Shown piece after piece: positions 8,903 through 17,689 of a DNA stretch of 25,791 nt. Each line of letters opens with the position of its first letter. Position 1 is the first letter of the stretch. The position numbers and the translations under genes are program-made. The stretch is taken from IMG/VR virus record IMGVR_UViG_3300017782_000194, positions 1 through 25,791 of that record. The stretch is one strand, 5' to 3'. The DNA comes from a virus (lineage: Duplodnaviria; Caudoviricetes). A model generated the notes under the pieces. It ran no database searches, was not told the origin of the DNA, and was given only the letters and a program-made list of their open reading frames with translations.

Positions 8903-9301
8903 ATGGTACGCTCGAGCAACCCTAACGATATTATAAAAGATATTGAAACGAAACTCGAGCGTACTGTTCAAGCAGACCTTAAAGAGATAAATAGAGATAT
9001 AAGGGATAATACACCTTATAATAGTGCAAGAAAAAGTGGAACTCACGCAAGAGATAAATGGAGATCCACAGGACAATACAAGTTAGGAGTATCTAAGAAG
9101 ATGTTCGAAAATACGGCAACATACATTGGTATACTGGATGCAGGAAGTGTGCGTAGCAAGTACGGACCTAAAATGCATAGTGTACAAGGCATAAAACCCC
9201 ATAGCGGCAATAAAGATAATACAACAAGCCCTATCGCTGATAAAGGTATAGTTGCACCAGCGTTTGAGAAAGTATTAACTCGCAGACGCAAATTAAATTA
9301 A
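8903..9301 (+). CDS. Tail completion/neck protein (HK97 gp10-like)
   Basis: Basic; TP...SGTHARDKW, NTATYIGILDAGS and GIVAPAF resemble the TPVDTG/NxxxY..LExG/GMVxP motifs. Confidence 0.6.
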   Translation: MVRSSNPNDIIKDIETKLERTVQADLKEINRDIRDNTPYNSARKSGTHARDKWRSTGQYKLGVSKKMFENTATYIGILDAGSVRSKYGPKMHSVQGIKPHSGNKDNTTSPIADKGIVAPAFEKVLTRRRKLN

Positions 9302-9302
9302 T

Positions 9303-9677
9303 ATGACGGAGAAAAAAATGACAAAACCACAAAGAAAAAGATTAATTGATAACGCAGTAGCACACTTTGAGACTATTATCGCAGGTGGCTTATTGGGTCC
9401 AATTAAAGTCCCAGAATGGGATACAGAAGTTTATTATAAGAGTACAACAACAATGGCGCAAGAAGCGGCTGTTATCGAACTCACACAAGCGGGTAAGACA
9501 ACAGAAGGATTGGTTGTACAATTAATTATTAAAGCTCTTGATGCTGATGGAAACCCACAATTTGATATGGGTGATAAACATAAGCTGATGAGATCAGCAG
9601 ATCCAGCTGTTATACTAAGAATAGTAACAGCAATGAATAACGATATTAAAGATAAGGATGACCAGGCGGGAAATTAA
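9303..9677 (+). CDS. Tail assembly chaperone (lambda gpG-like); start may be ATG 9318
   Basis: IKVPEW and KALDADGNPQF motifs; upstream of the tape measure; ends at a slippery site. GGAG at 9308-9311 favours ATG 9318. Confidence 0.85.
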   Translation: MTEKKMTKPQRKRLIDNAVAHFETIIAGGLLGPIKVPEWDTEVYYKSTTTMAQEAAVIELTQAGKTTEGLVVQLIIKALDADGNPQFDMGDKHKLMRSADPAVILRIVTAMNNDIKDKDDQAGN

Positions 9678-9844
9678 TTGACCTCCCTGATATTCGATTT
9701 TTTTATAAGTTAGCGTTGGATCTTGGAAAGAGTGTTGAAGAAGTTATGAACTTTTCAACATTTGAGCTTAAAGGTTGGGTTGATTACTTTACTTGGGTAA
9801 ACAAAGAAACCAAAAAAGCTCAACAGAAGAGAGGGAGGCGATAA
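9668..9844 (+). CDS. -1 frameshift extension of the tail chaperone (gpGT-like); not in the ORF track
   Basis: Slippery G GGA AAT at 9668-9674 just before the stop; the -1 frame reads KLIDLPDIRFFYKLALDLGKSVEEVMNFSTFELKGWVDYFTW...RGRR* to 9844, abutting the TMP ATG. Confidence 0.85.
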   Translation, partial: GKLIDLPDIRFFYKLALDLGKSVEEVMNFSTFELKGWVDYFTWVNKETKKAQQKRGRR

Positions 9845-12448
9845 ATGGCCAGTGTATATGAGCTCATTGTAGAGGTTGTAGATAAAACAAGCAAACCTAT
9901 CAATGATGTAAACAAAGCGTTAAAGAATACAAACACAAGAGCTACTAAAGTAAATGCTACTGTTAAGAAAATGAACAGTAGTTTTAAATCAATTGGAAGA
10001 GTTGGTTTAAAAGGTTTAGGCAGTTTAACAAGAGGTTTAAGAAACGCAGGTATTGCGGCTACAGCGGCGGCAGGTGCTTTCGCCTTTATGGCTAAGAGTA
10101 CCCTCAATCAATTGGACACATTGGGTAAAGTAGCAAGTAAGTTGGGTGTCACAACAGAATTTTTATCAAAATATCAAGTTATAGCAAGTAGGGCAGGTAT
10201 TAGTACGGAAACCTTTAATATGGGTTTACAGAGATTCCTGCGTAGACTTGGTGAAGCTCAAATGGGTACTGGTGAACTCCTAAAACCACTACAAAAAATG
10301 GGCATTAGTATGAAAGACTCTAACGGTAAGTTTAGAGATGGTACAGAGGTATTCGCAGACTTTATGTTAAAGTTAGCAGGTACAACAAACAGTACTGAAA
10401 AATTAGCATTAGCAATGAAAGGTTTTGACTCAGAAGGTGTTGCAATGGTTAACATCGCAGATATGGGTGCGGCCAAAATTGAGATGATTGGTAAGAGAGC
10501 AGAAGAAGCAGGCTTGATTATTAGTGGATCACTAACAAAAGCGGCAGAAGAAGCAAACGATAGTTTATCAGATTTATTTGATTTTGGTAAAGGTTTTAGA
10601 ATGCAGTTTTTTGGTGCATTAAGTGAAACAATTGAAGAACTATCAGAAATGTTGCGTAAAAGAATAAAGATCACAATAGATGATGCTGGTGGTATGAAAG
10701 CGTTCGCAAATGATTTAGCGGCCGCGTTTTTAGAAGGTACAAGTAAGTTCATAACAGCAGTAGCAGGGTTCGTAGACGACTTTACAAACGCATTTAACAC
10801 ATTTACAAACGCATTAAAACATATAATTGTAGCAATTAGTAAGATTCCAGGTGTAGGCTTTGATGCTGAAATTGGTACAGCGTCAGGTAAAGGCGAAAGG
10901 GTACAACAATTAAAAAATGAATTAGCAGAAATGCAGGCTGAATATGAGAAGATGGCTAAAGTATTCGCTGATCAAGGTGGACAAGTTGACTTTGGATTTG
11001 GTGCCGCAATGGATGGTATGGTGCTTGGAATGCAGGCATTAAAAGACCAAATTAAATCAGTTGAAAACGATACTACAATGTATTTCTCATTAGTGACAGA
11101 AGAAAGTACAACAGCAAGTGATGCTGTTGGTAAAGTCACAAGTAAGATTGATGAACAAGCTGTTAAGTTAAGAGAGAACGCTGATAAGTTTAGAGAAGAA
11201 GCAAAAGCTAAAACAGAAAATGCTGATGCAACGAAAAAAGTAGTTGAACAAAATAATAATGTAGTACAAGGAATGAGTGCGGCGCAAATACAAGCACAAG
11301 AATATAACGAGTTCCTAAAGAAATTACAAGAACAAATCACAAAAACAACAAAAGAAACACAATTCAAAGCACAAGCACTAGGATTTATTAAGAAAGAGTT
11401 TGAAGCAGGGCGTATGAGTATTGATGCATATGCAAGTGCAGTTAAAATACTTGGAATGAATACAGGTAAAACAAAAGAAGAACTTGATAAGTTAAAAGGT
11501 GTTATTCCTGAATTAACAGGTTTTGATAAGTTTATGCGAGACTTGACTAATAGTGCAGGGGCCGCGGCAACTAAAATAAACCACGAAGCTATGGCAGTAG
11601 CTGAACTTGATAAGTTATTAGCGGCTGGTAAGATTAACATTGATACATACGCACAGGCTATGACTCAAATTGGTAAAGGTGGAACACCAGGTGGTGATGC
11701 TAAAGATGATCCATTAACTGTATCAGAAGAGTTGGTTAAGAGTTTTACAGAACAAAAAGAAAAATTAAAACAGTTAAATGATGCATTATTAAATGTTGAT
11801 ACATTAGCTAAACAAGCAGGTGTATCACAAGAGTTTTTAACAACGAAAATTAAAGAACAAATGGAAGCATTGGAAATATATCAAGCAAAAGCTAAAACAA
11901 CACAAGAGATAATTGAAGAAGGCTTTCAAGGTATAAGCAAAAGCATAAGCAGTGAATTAGCAACAGCAGTAAGAACTGGTGAAAGTTTATTGGGTGCTTT
12001 AGAAAATGTATTCACAAGAACATTGGATAATATTTTACAAAAGATTTTAGAAAGTCAAATTGAACAAGCATTGGGCGGTTTATTTGGTGGACTTGGTGGC
12101 GGCGGTGGCGGCTTTAGTTTAGGAAGCTTATTTGGTACTCCAACAGTAGGAGCTCCAATGGGTGGATTTAAATTACCGTTTTTCGCTAATGGTGGTATTG
12201 CTAAAAAGGGACAGCCAAGTATTGTTGGTGATGGTGGAGAACCAGAACTATTCATTCCTGGGCAAACGGGCAGAGTCACTCCAATGAGTCAGCTAAATAC
12301 AGGTGAAGGTTCTGTTAATGTTAATTTCAACATCAATGCAATTGATACACAAAATGGTGTTGAATTTTTGATACAGAACAAACCACAAATTATAGGCATG
12401 GTAACACAAGGTTTTAACCAAAGAGGTCGTGCCGGAATAACAAGTTAA
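9845..12448 (+). CDS. Tail tape measure protein
   Basis: 867 aa, helical and A/K/E-rich; N-terminal VVDKTSKP and C-terminal FANGG...VGDGGEPELFIP (lambda-like TMP C-terminus). Confidence 0.93.
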   Translation: MASVYELIVEVVDKTSKPINDVNKALKNTNTRATKVNATVKKMNSSFKSIGRVGLKGLGSLTRGLRNAGIAATAAAGAFAFMAKSTLNQLDTLGKVASKLGVTTEFLSKYQVIASRAGISTETFNMGLQRFLRRLGEAQMGTGELLKPLQKMGISMKDSNGKFRDGTEVFADFMLKLAGTTNSTEKLALAMKGFDSEGVAMVNIADMGAAKIEMIGKRAEEAGLIISGSLTKAAEEANDSLSDLFDFGKGFRMQFFGALSETIEELSEMLRKRIKITIDDAGGMKAFANDLAAAFLEGTSKFITAVAGFVDDFTNAFNTFTNALKHIIVAISKIPGVGFDAEIGTASGKGERVQQLKNELAEMQAEYEKMAKVFADQGGQVDFGFGAAMDGMVLGMQALKDQIKSVENDTTMYFSLVTEESTTASDAVGKVTSKIDEQAVKLRENADKFREEAKAKTENADATKKVVEQNNNVVQGMSAAQIQAQEYNEFLKKLQEQITKTTKETQFKAQALGFIKKEFEAGRMSIDAYASAVKILGMNTGKTKEELDKLKGVIPELTGFDKFMRDLTNSAGAAATKINHEAMAVAELDKLLAAGKINIDTYAQAMTQIGKGGTPGGDAKDDPLTVSEELVKSFTEQKEKLKQLNDALLNVDTLAKQAGVSQEFLTTKIKEQMEALEIYQAKAKTTQEIIEEGFQGISKSISSELATAVRTGESLLGALENVFTRTLDNILQKILESQIEQALGGLFGGLGGGGGGFSLGSLFGTPTVGAPMGGFKLPFFANGGIAKKGQPSIVGDGGEPELFIPGQTGRVTPMSQLNTGEGSVNVNFNINAIDTQNGVEFLIQNKPQIIGMVTQGFNQRGRAGITS

Positions 12449-12460
12449 GGAGTCAACAAA

Positions 12461-15085
12461 ATGGCAGATTTAAATGATGTATGGAATTGGCCTAACGATG
12501 GGGCAAACGGATACGCAACAGATTCAAATGACTGGAAAGACGACAATAGTGCGGGTATCAGTCAAAGAGTAAACAATGTACTCACATATGTTTACAAACA
12601 ACACCAAACAAACAATTTACACTACACAAACGATTTAAGCAGAACAAGAGATGTATTAAACAGAGGTTTCGCGGCTTATAAACATTATCATAGCAGTCAC
12701 AGTGATGACAAGCATCCAACTTTTAATATGTTGGCAAGATATCCACAAATGGAATTTAGCATTCGGCCAAATGGCAGAACCATTGGTGGTATACACTATG
12801 AACTAAACAGTAGCACTAAAATGCCACAGATAAGAGTGCAATTTACATCAGCACACGAATTTGGAACTGGTGATGAGATAGAGTTTTATGGATTTGAAAA
12901 TGATTCAACAGGAAGAAATGATAGAAGATTGAATACAAAAAGAGCATATGTAAGTATTGTTGATGGGTTCAGTGTAGTATTACACGAAGACTCAGCTCTT
13001 ACAAAGTTGGAACAAATATCAGAAATGGGCTTTTTCGCACAGTCAGATATATTCTTTACAATGTTGGATGATGGAACTGGAAGCGAAGATGCTGTCGTAC
13101 ATTTTGATGGATTCGCTGAAACATTGGTAACAGGTGATACTATGACTATTGCAGATCCATTCGTTAACTTAACAGGAACTGTTGCAGGTGCAAGTGGAAC
13201 AGTATATTATTTAGAAAAGATAAGCAACAACAGTTATAAATTATTTACAAATAGTGGCAGAACAACAAACGCAACAATTACAAGTGGACAAGGTAAAGAT
13301 AAGTTCGCATCACCAGCTTCAGGTGGTATTCCATTTAGTATAGCAAGTAGTGGAAGTGCCGCAACAATAGCTGTTAATTTAAGTGATAGTAGTTTTAATT
13401 CGTTGAAAGCTAATATAGAGTCACAAAACATGACACCAGAAACAAGTAGTGAAGATACAACAAACATATTCAGAGGCTTCTGTAGAGTTGAACTAACAGC
13501 AGGAACAGGAACAAGTAAAGCTATACCAAGTAGCATGGGTGATACAGCTTTCTTTGGGTACAAATATACAAAAAGCACAGGAGCTTTAGAAATACTAACA
13601 GATCCATGTGGAGCATTTGGTGCTAGAGATGCCAGTGTGTTAACAGCAACAAATGGCAGTGGTAACATCACAGGTAACATTAAGATAATTGACTACTGGA
13701 GTTACAGAGTTGAATCACCAGGAACATATGCTAGTGCAAGTTCACAGACGCAGATAGTTCCAACCAATGGAACCAATGTTGGTGGAATGTATTTCTTTGG
13801 CACAGTAAACGATACAAGTTTAAATCCTTTAACACCACTAACACATCCGTTAGCAAGTGAAAAAGGAACATTGTATCAAGGAAACAAAACATCAGAAGAT
13901 GATAATACAAATTTTGATAAGTTGATATATCATATTGCAAGTACTAATTGTAGAAGCCCAGGTAGAAAAAGTTATTTTTATAAAAATAGTAGTAATGTAG
14001 ATACAGCTGGTGCTGTGTATGATTTTACAAAGTTTTGGAGACCAGGACAAAGCAGTCATTTCACTCCAACATATATCACAACGCCAACAGCAACACCTAA
14101 TGTAAACAGTAGTGGGTTTTTAACTGGCACAACTGCTTTAGATGTATTTCCGGCAAGAGGATTGTTTACATTAGCAGGACTTGGACTAACAAGTTCAGTT
14201 AATATTGAAAATACTGCTATATTAAGTGGCAGTCCAGCTAAACCAGCAACTCATACTATAGAAAAAGTTGGGTTATTTCCTATCAACGCAAAAGCAGATG
14301 AATATGTTACGCCAACACCATATGCACCAGATGTGTTTGATACAGATGATGAGTGGGCTACAAATGATTTAAATGATGCAAGAGATTGGCCAACAGTGGT
14401 TGCACCAAATGGAGTTAAGTTTACACAAGTTATTCCAAGTAGTGTTACAAAATCACAAAATGGTACCAAGTATGTGCGTGATTCAGGAATTATAAGACAT
14501 CAACTTGAGGTAAGTTACCCACCAATGACGGAAGATAATTTTAGACACTTTGAAGCAGTATCACAAGCCGCAAGAGGACAAGCTGTACCATTCTTTTTTG
14601 AATTAGTAGCTACAGGAGATTTACCTCCAACACCTGGCGGATTGTTTTGGAGAAGAACAGATACCGAAAACAGTAACCTAAATTTAGGGACTGGTTCGGA
14701 ACTAAAAATAGTTACACCTGTTGCAGTTGGTGATGCAGTATTTACACTTGAAGGTTTTGAAGCAAGTAAAACCAAAGCATTTATCAGAGGTGAATGTATT
14801 ATCATATCAAGTGCTATTAGTAAGAACGGTCATATAGTTCATGTAATAAATGATAATGTAACAACAAACAAGTTTGGTGAAGCAAAAATAAGAGTAGCTA
14901 TGGGTTCACCGAATCTATTAAGAGGTAGTGCAACAAGTGGTGATCAGTCAAAAGATTCAAGTAGTGTATTTAAAAACCCTTTCCACCTGGTGGTAACACT
15001 GGCAGAAGATAGTTTTGAATATGAAAAAGGCACAGATGGTTTATATAGATTTACCTGTAGATTTGATTTGGATAACTTTAAATAA
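12461..15085 (+). CDS. Distal tail (Dit/gpM-like) protein with a large N-terminal beta-rich extension
   Basis: Directly after the TMP. The C-terminal ~230 aa (SVTKSQNGTKYVR...LEVSYPPMT...RGQAVPFFF...GLYRFTCRF) resemble Dit; the preceding ~640 aa are S/T/G-rich. Confidence 0.65.
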   Translation: MADLNDVWNWPNDGANGYATDSNDWKDDNSAGISQRVNNVLTYVYKQHQTNNLHYTNDLSRTRDVLNRGFAAYKHYHSSHSDDKHPTFNMLARYPQMEFSIRPNGRTIGGIHYELNSSTKMPQIRVQFTSAHEFGTGDEIEFYGFENDSTGRNDRRLNTKRAYVSIVDGFSVVLHEDSALTKLEQISEMGFFAQSDIFFTMLDDGTGSEDAVVHFDGFAETLVTGDTMTIADPFVNLTGTVAGASGTVYYLEKISNNSYKLFTNSGRTTNATITSGQGKDKFASPASGGIPFSIASSGSAATIAVNLSDSSFNSLKANIESQNMTPETSSEDTTNIFRGFCRVELTAGTGTSKAIPSSMGDTAFFGYKYTKSTGALEILTDPCGAFGARDASVLTATNGSGNITGNIKIIDYWSYRVESPGTYASASSQTQIVPTNGTNVGGMYFFGTVNDTSLNPLTPLTHPLASEKGTLYQGNKTSEDDNTNFDKLIYHIASTNCRSPGRKSYFYKNSSNVDTAGAVYDFTKFWRPGQSSHFTPTYITTPTATPNVNSSGFLTGTTALDVFPARGLFTLAGLGLTSSVNIENTAILSGSPAKPATHTIEKVGLFPINAKADEYVTPTPYAPDVFDTDDEWATNDLNDARDWPTVVAPNGVKFTQVIPSSVTKSQNGTKYVRDSGIIRHQLEVSYPPMTEDNFRHFEAVSQAARGQAVPFFFELVATGDLPPTPGGLFWRRTDTENSNLNLGTGSELKIVTPVAVGDAVFTLEGFEASKTKAFIRGECIIISSAISKNGHIVHVINDNVTTNKFGEAKIRVAMGSPNLLRGSATSGDQSKDSSSVFKNPFHLVVTLAEDSFEYEKGTDGLYRFTCRFDLDNFK

Positions 15086-15681
15086 TGGCAAGATTTGATT
15101 CAACAGATGCAACACAAGCAAAGATTATAACAGCCGCAGGCAAACAAGTACTGCAATGTTATGAGAGCTTGTATATGGATATTGATGATGGAGTGTTTAT
15201 TACAAACGCACCAGGCAATGTAACAATCGCTGATGGCATAGGTAGTGGCACAAATATATATCAAAGCGTAGGACAGTTTTTAGGATTTAGTGCAGTACAG
15301 GAAGAAAAGATATTTACAACAAGTGAGGTTACTGTCAGTCTCAGCGGATTACCAAGTCACGAACTAGGAACAAATTTTATAAGTGATATATTGCAGTATG
15401 ATTATGTGGATAAAGATGTAAGAATATTTCGTACATTTTTTGATAGAGATGTTGAAATAGGAAGTTTTTTAATGTTTAAAGGTAGAGTAGATAGTCCTGT
15501 TATTAAAGAAAATCCAAATGATACAACCACATTGGCAACTACTTGTAGTTCACATTGGGTTGATTATGAGCGTGATAACGGAATCATAACTAATGATAAC
15601 AGACAAAAAGACTTGTACCCTGGTGATAAAGGTTTTGAATTCGCTAAAGAGGTTATCAAAGATGTACAATGGAAAACATAA
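15085..15681 (+). CDS. Tail hub protein (gpL/DUF2163-like)
   Basis: YQSVGQFLGFSAVQE, MFKGRVD and QKDLYPGDKGFEF motifs; synteny. Confidence 0.75.
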   Translation: MARFDSTDATQAKIITAAGKQVLQCYESLYMDIDDGVFITNAPGNVTIADGIGSGTNIYQSVGQFLGFSAVQEEKIFTTSEVTVSLSGLPSHELGTNFISDILQYDYVDKDVRIFRTFFDRDVEIGSFLMFKGRVDSPVIKENPNDTTTLATTCSSHWVDYERDNGIITNDNRQKDLYPGDKGFEFAKEVIKDVQWKT

Positions 15682-15692
15682 AGGAGTAACAC

Positions 15693-16109
15693 ATGAAATT
15701 ACAAAATAAATTTATATTAGCAAATTATATTGCAGGTAAGACTGGCGCGAACTATGCTTGGGGCATTAATGACTGCAATACATTCTTGTTTGAATTCCAT
15801 GATATGGCATACGGTACTAATTTAATGAGCCTATGTAATTATAGAACAAAACAAAGTGCTAGAGAGTTTAGCAGAGGTTATATGGGTGTAAATCAATGGA
15901 TGCATATACACAATTATAAAACAATAAAAGGTAAGAATCCAAAATGGCAAGAAGGTGATGTATGCGTAATAAGTTTAAATGACTGGATGCATATAGTTTA
16001 TATATATCATAATGGTGCGTTTTGGAGTATGACTGAACAAGGATTGAACAACTATACAGCTAAAGCAATAAACAAAGCAAAAACAACTGCTTGGCGTAAA
16101 GAAGAATAA
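15693..16109 (+). CDS. NlpC/P60-fold tail assembly protein (gpK-like)
   Basis: YAWGINDC (catalytic Cys) and QEGDV...HIVYI (His). Confidence 0.75.
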   Translation: MKLQNKFILANYIAGKTGANYAWGINDCNTFLFEFHDMAYGTNLMSLCNYRTKQSAREFSRGYMGVNQWMHIHNYKTIKGKNPKWQEGDVCVISLNDWMHIVYIYHNGAFWSMTEQGLNNYTAKAINKAKTTAWRKEE

Positions 16110-16111
16110 TT

Positions 16112-17680
16112 ATGGGTAAAAGTATTGGCGCAATAATTGGAATTGGTGTAGCGATATTCGCTCCTTATGCCGCCGCGGCAATAGGACTATCAGGTTTTGG
16201 AGCAACACTATTTGGTTTAGGTTTACAAATGGCTGTAAGCAGTATCTTTAACAGAGGTGCTGGACAAAAAGGTAGAATACAAGACCAAGGTATACTGGTA
16301 AACAAAGCAAGTAATACTGCTAATTTACCTGTAATATATGGTAACAGGCGTATTGGTGGAACAAGAGTATATCTACAATCAACAAACGCAAGTGGTGAAA
16401 CAAGTGGAACAGAATATTTACATATTGTATTGGCTTATGCAAATGGTGGTGCATTAGCAGATGGTTCACATAATATGGATGGACCAAGTGTTACAAAAAT
16501 ACTGTTGAATGATAGAACTGCTTTTACAAGTAGTGGCGGTATTGATAGTCATTTCGTACGGTCAGATGGACAAGTTCTTGATATAGCAACATTCCGTGGT
16601 CCCACAGATCAATCACATACTGTTGGTAGAGAATACAGTACATTTGGTGTAACAAATGGTGCTGGTGTAGGTGGAAATGATAGCGACTTTAACAGTAATA
16701 TAAGTGATGAATGGACAGCTGATTATAAGATGCGTGGTGTATCTTACATATACGCAAGATTAAGATTTGACAGAGATAAGTTTCCTGCCGCTCCTACTAT
16801 ATTAGTAGAAGCAAATGGTATAAGAGTAAGAGATGTAACAAAGATAAGAGCAAATGCAAGTGATACAGAAGATAATCTAAGAAATCACAGCAGACATGAT
16901 AACCCTGCAAACTGCATATATGATTATTTGTCGAATTCAATCTATGGTAAAGGATTAGCAGATAGTGAAATAGATATTGAAAGTTTTCATACTGCAAGTA
17001 ATTACTATGATACTATTGGACTAAAGTTCAATGGTGCTATTGATACAGCAGATACAATATACAACAACACTCAAGCTATGTTAGCAAGTGCAAATGCTAA
17101 CTTGTTTTATCGTAGAGGTAAGTATGCAATAGGTGTAAACAACAAGAGAACATTTGATACAAACACATTCGTATTTGATGAATCAAATATAATTGGTGAT
17201 ATGACTATTGCTCTTGGTAACAAGAAACAAAAATACAATCAAATGAAAGTAAATTATTTTAACAGTGAAAATGAATGGCAGGCAAACAGTAAGCTGGTTA
17301 AAGGAACACCAACTGGCTCAAATGAATATCTAACAAAAGATGGTAACATTGTCAATGAAGGAACTATTGAACTTGACCTAACAGGCCCAGAACAAAAAGC
17401 AAAGAACCTGGGTAACTTTTATTTAGACTTTAGTAGATTTAGTACCATTATAAGCTTCAAAGCCGCACACACAGCGTTGGTATTGGATGTTGACGATGTA
17501 GTGTTCGTAAAACATAAAACACCGGGTTATGATACATTAAATAGTGGATCAGGTAAAAAGTTTTATGTTCAAAGTTTGGTAATGTTTTCAGACAGTACTG
17601 TTGATGTTACATTAAGTGAATATCCAACAGATGAAACAATTTTTATGGAAGATTCCGGTTATTCGGATTACACAAGATAG
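16112..17680 (+). CDS. Tail tip/central hub protein (short gpJ-like)
   Basis: Hydrophobic Gly/Ala N-terminus; LPVIYGNRRIGG, MRGVSYIYARL, NPANCIYDYL...YGKGL and FDESNIIG motifs. Confidence 0.85.
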   Translation: MGKSIGAIIGIGVAIFAPYAAAAIGLSGFGATLFGLGLQMAVSSIFNRGAGQKGRIQDQGILVNKASNTANLPVIYGNRRIGGTRVYLQSTNASGETSGTEYLHIVLAYANGGALADGSHNMDGPSVTKILLNDRTAFTSSGGIDSHFVRSDGQVLDIATFRGPTDQSHTVGREYSTFGVTNGAGVGGNDSDFNSNISDEWTADYKMRGVSYIYARLRFDRDKFPAAPTILVEANGIRVRDVTKIRANASDTEDNLRNHSRHDNPANCIYDYLSNSIYGKGLADSEIDIESFHTASNYYDTIGLKFNGAIDTADTIYNNTQAMLASANANLFYRRGKYAIGVNNKRTFDTNTFVFDESNIIGDMTIALGNKKQKYNQMKVNYFNSENEWQANSKLVKGTPTGSNEYLTKDGNIVNEGTIELDLTGPEQKAKNLGNFYLDFSRFSTIISFKAAHTALVLDVDDVVFVKHKTPGYDTLNSGSGKKFYVQSLVMFSDSTVDVTLSEYPTDETIFMEDSGYSDYTR

Positions 17681-17689
17681 GAGATATAA

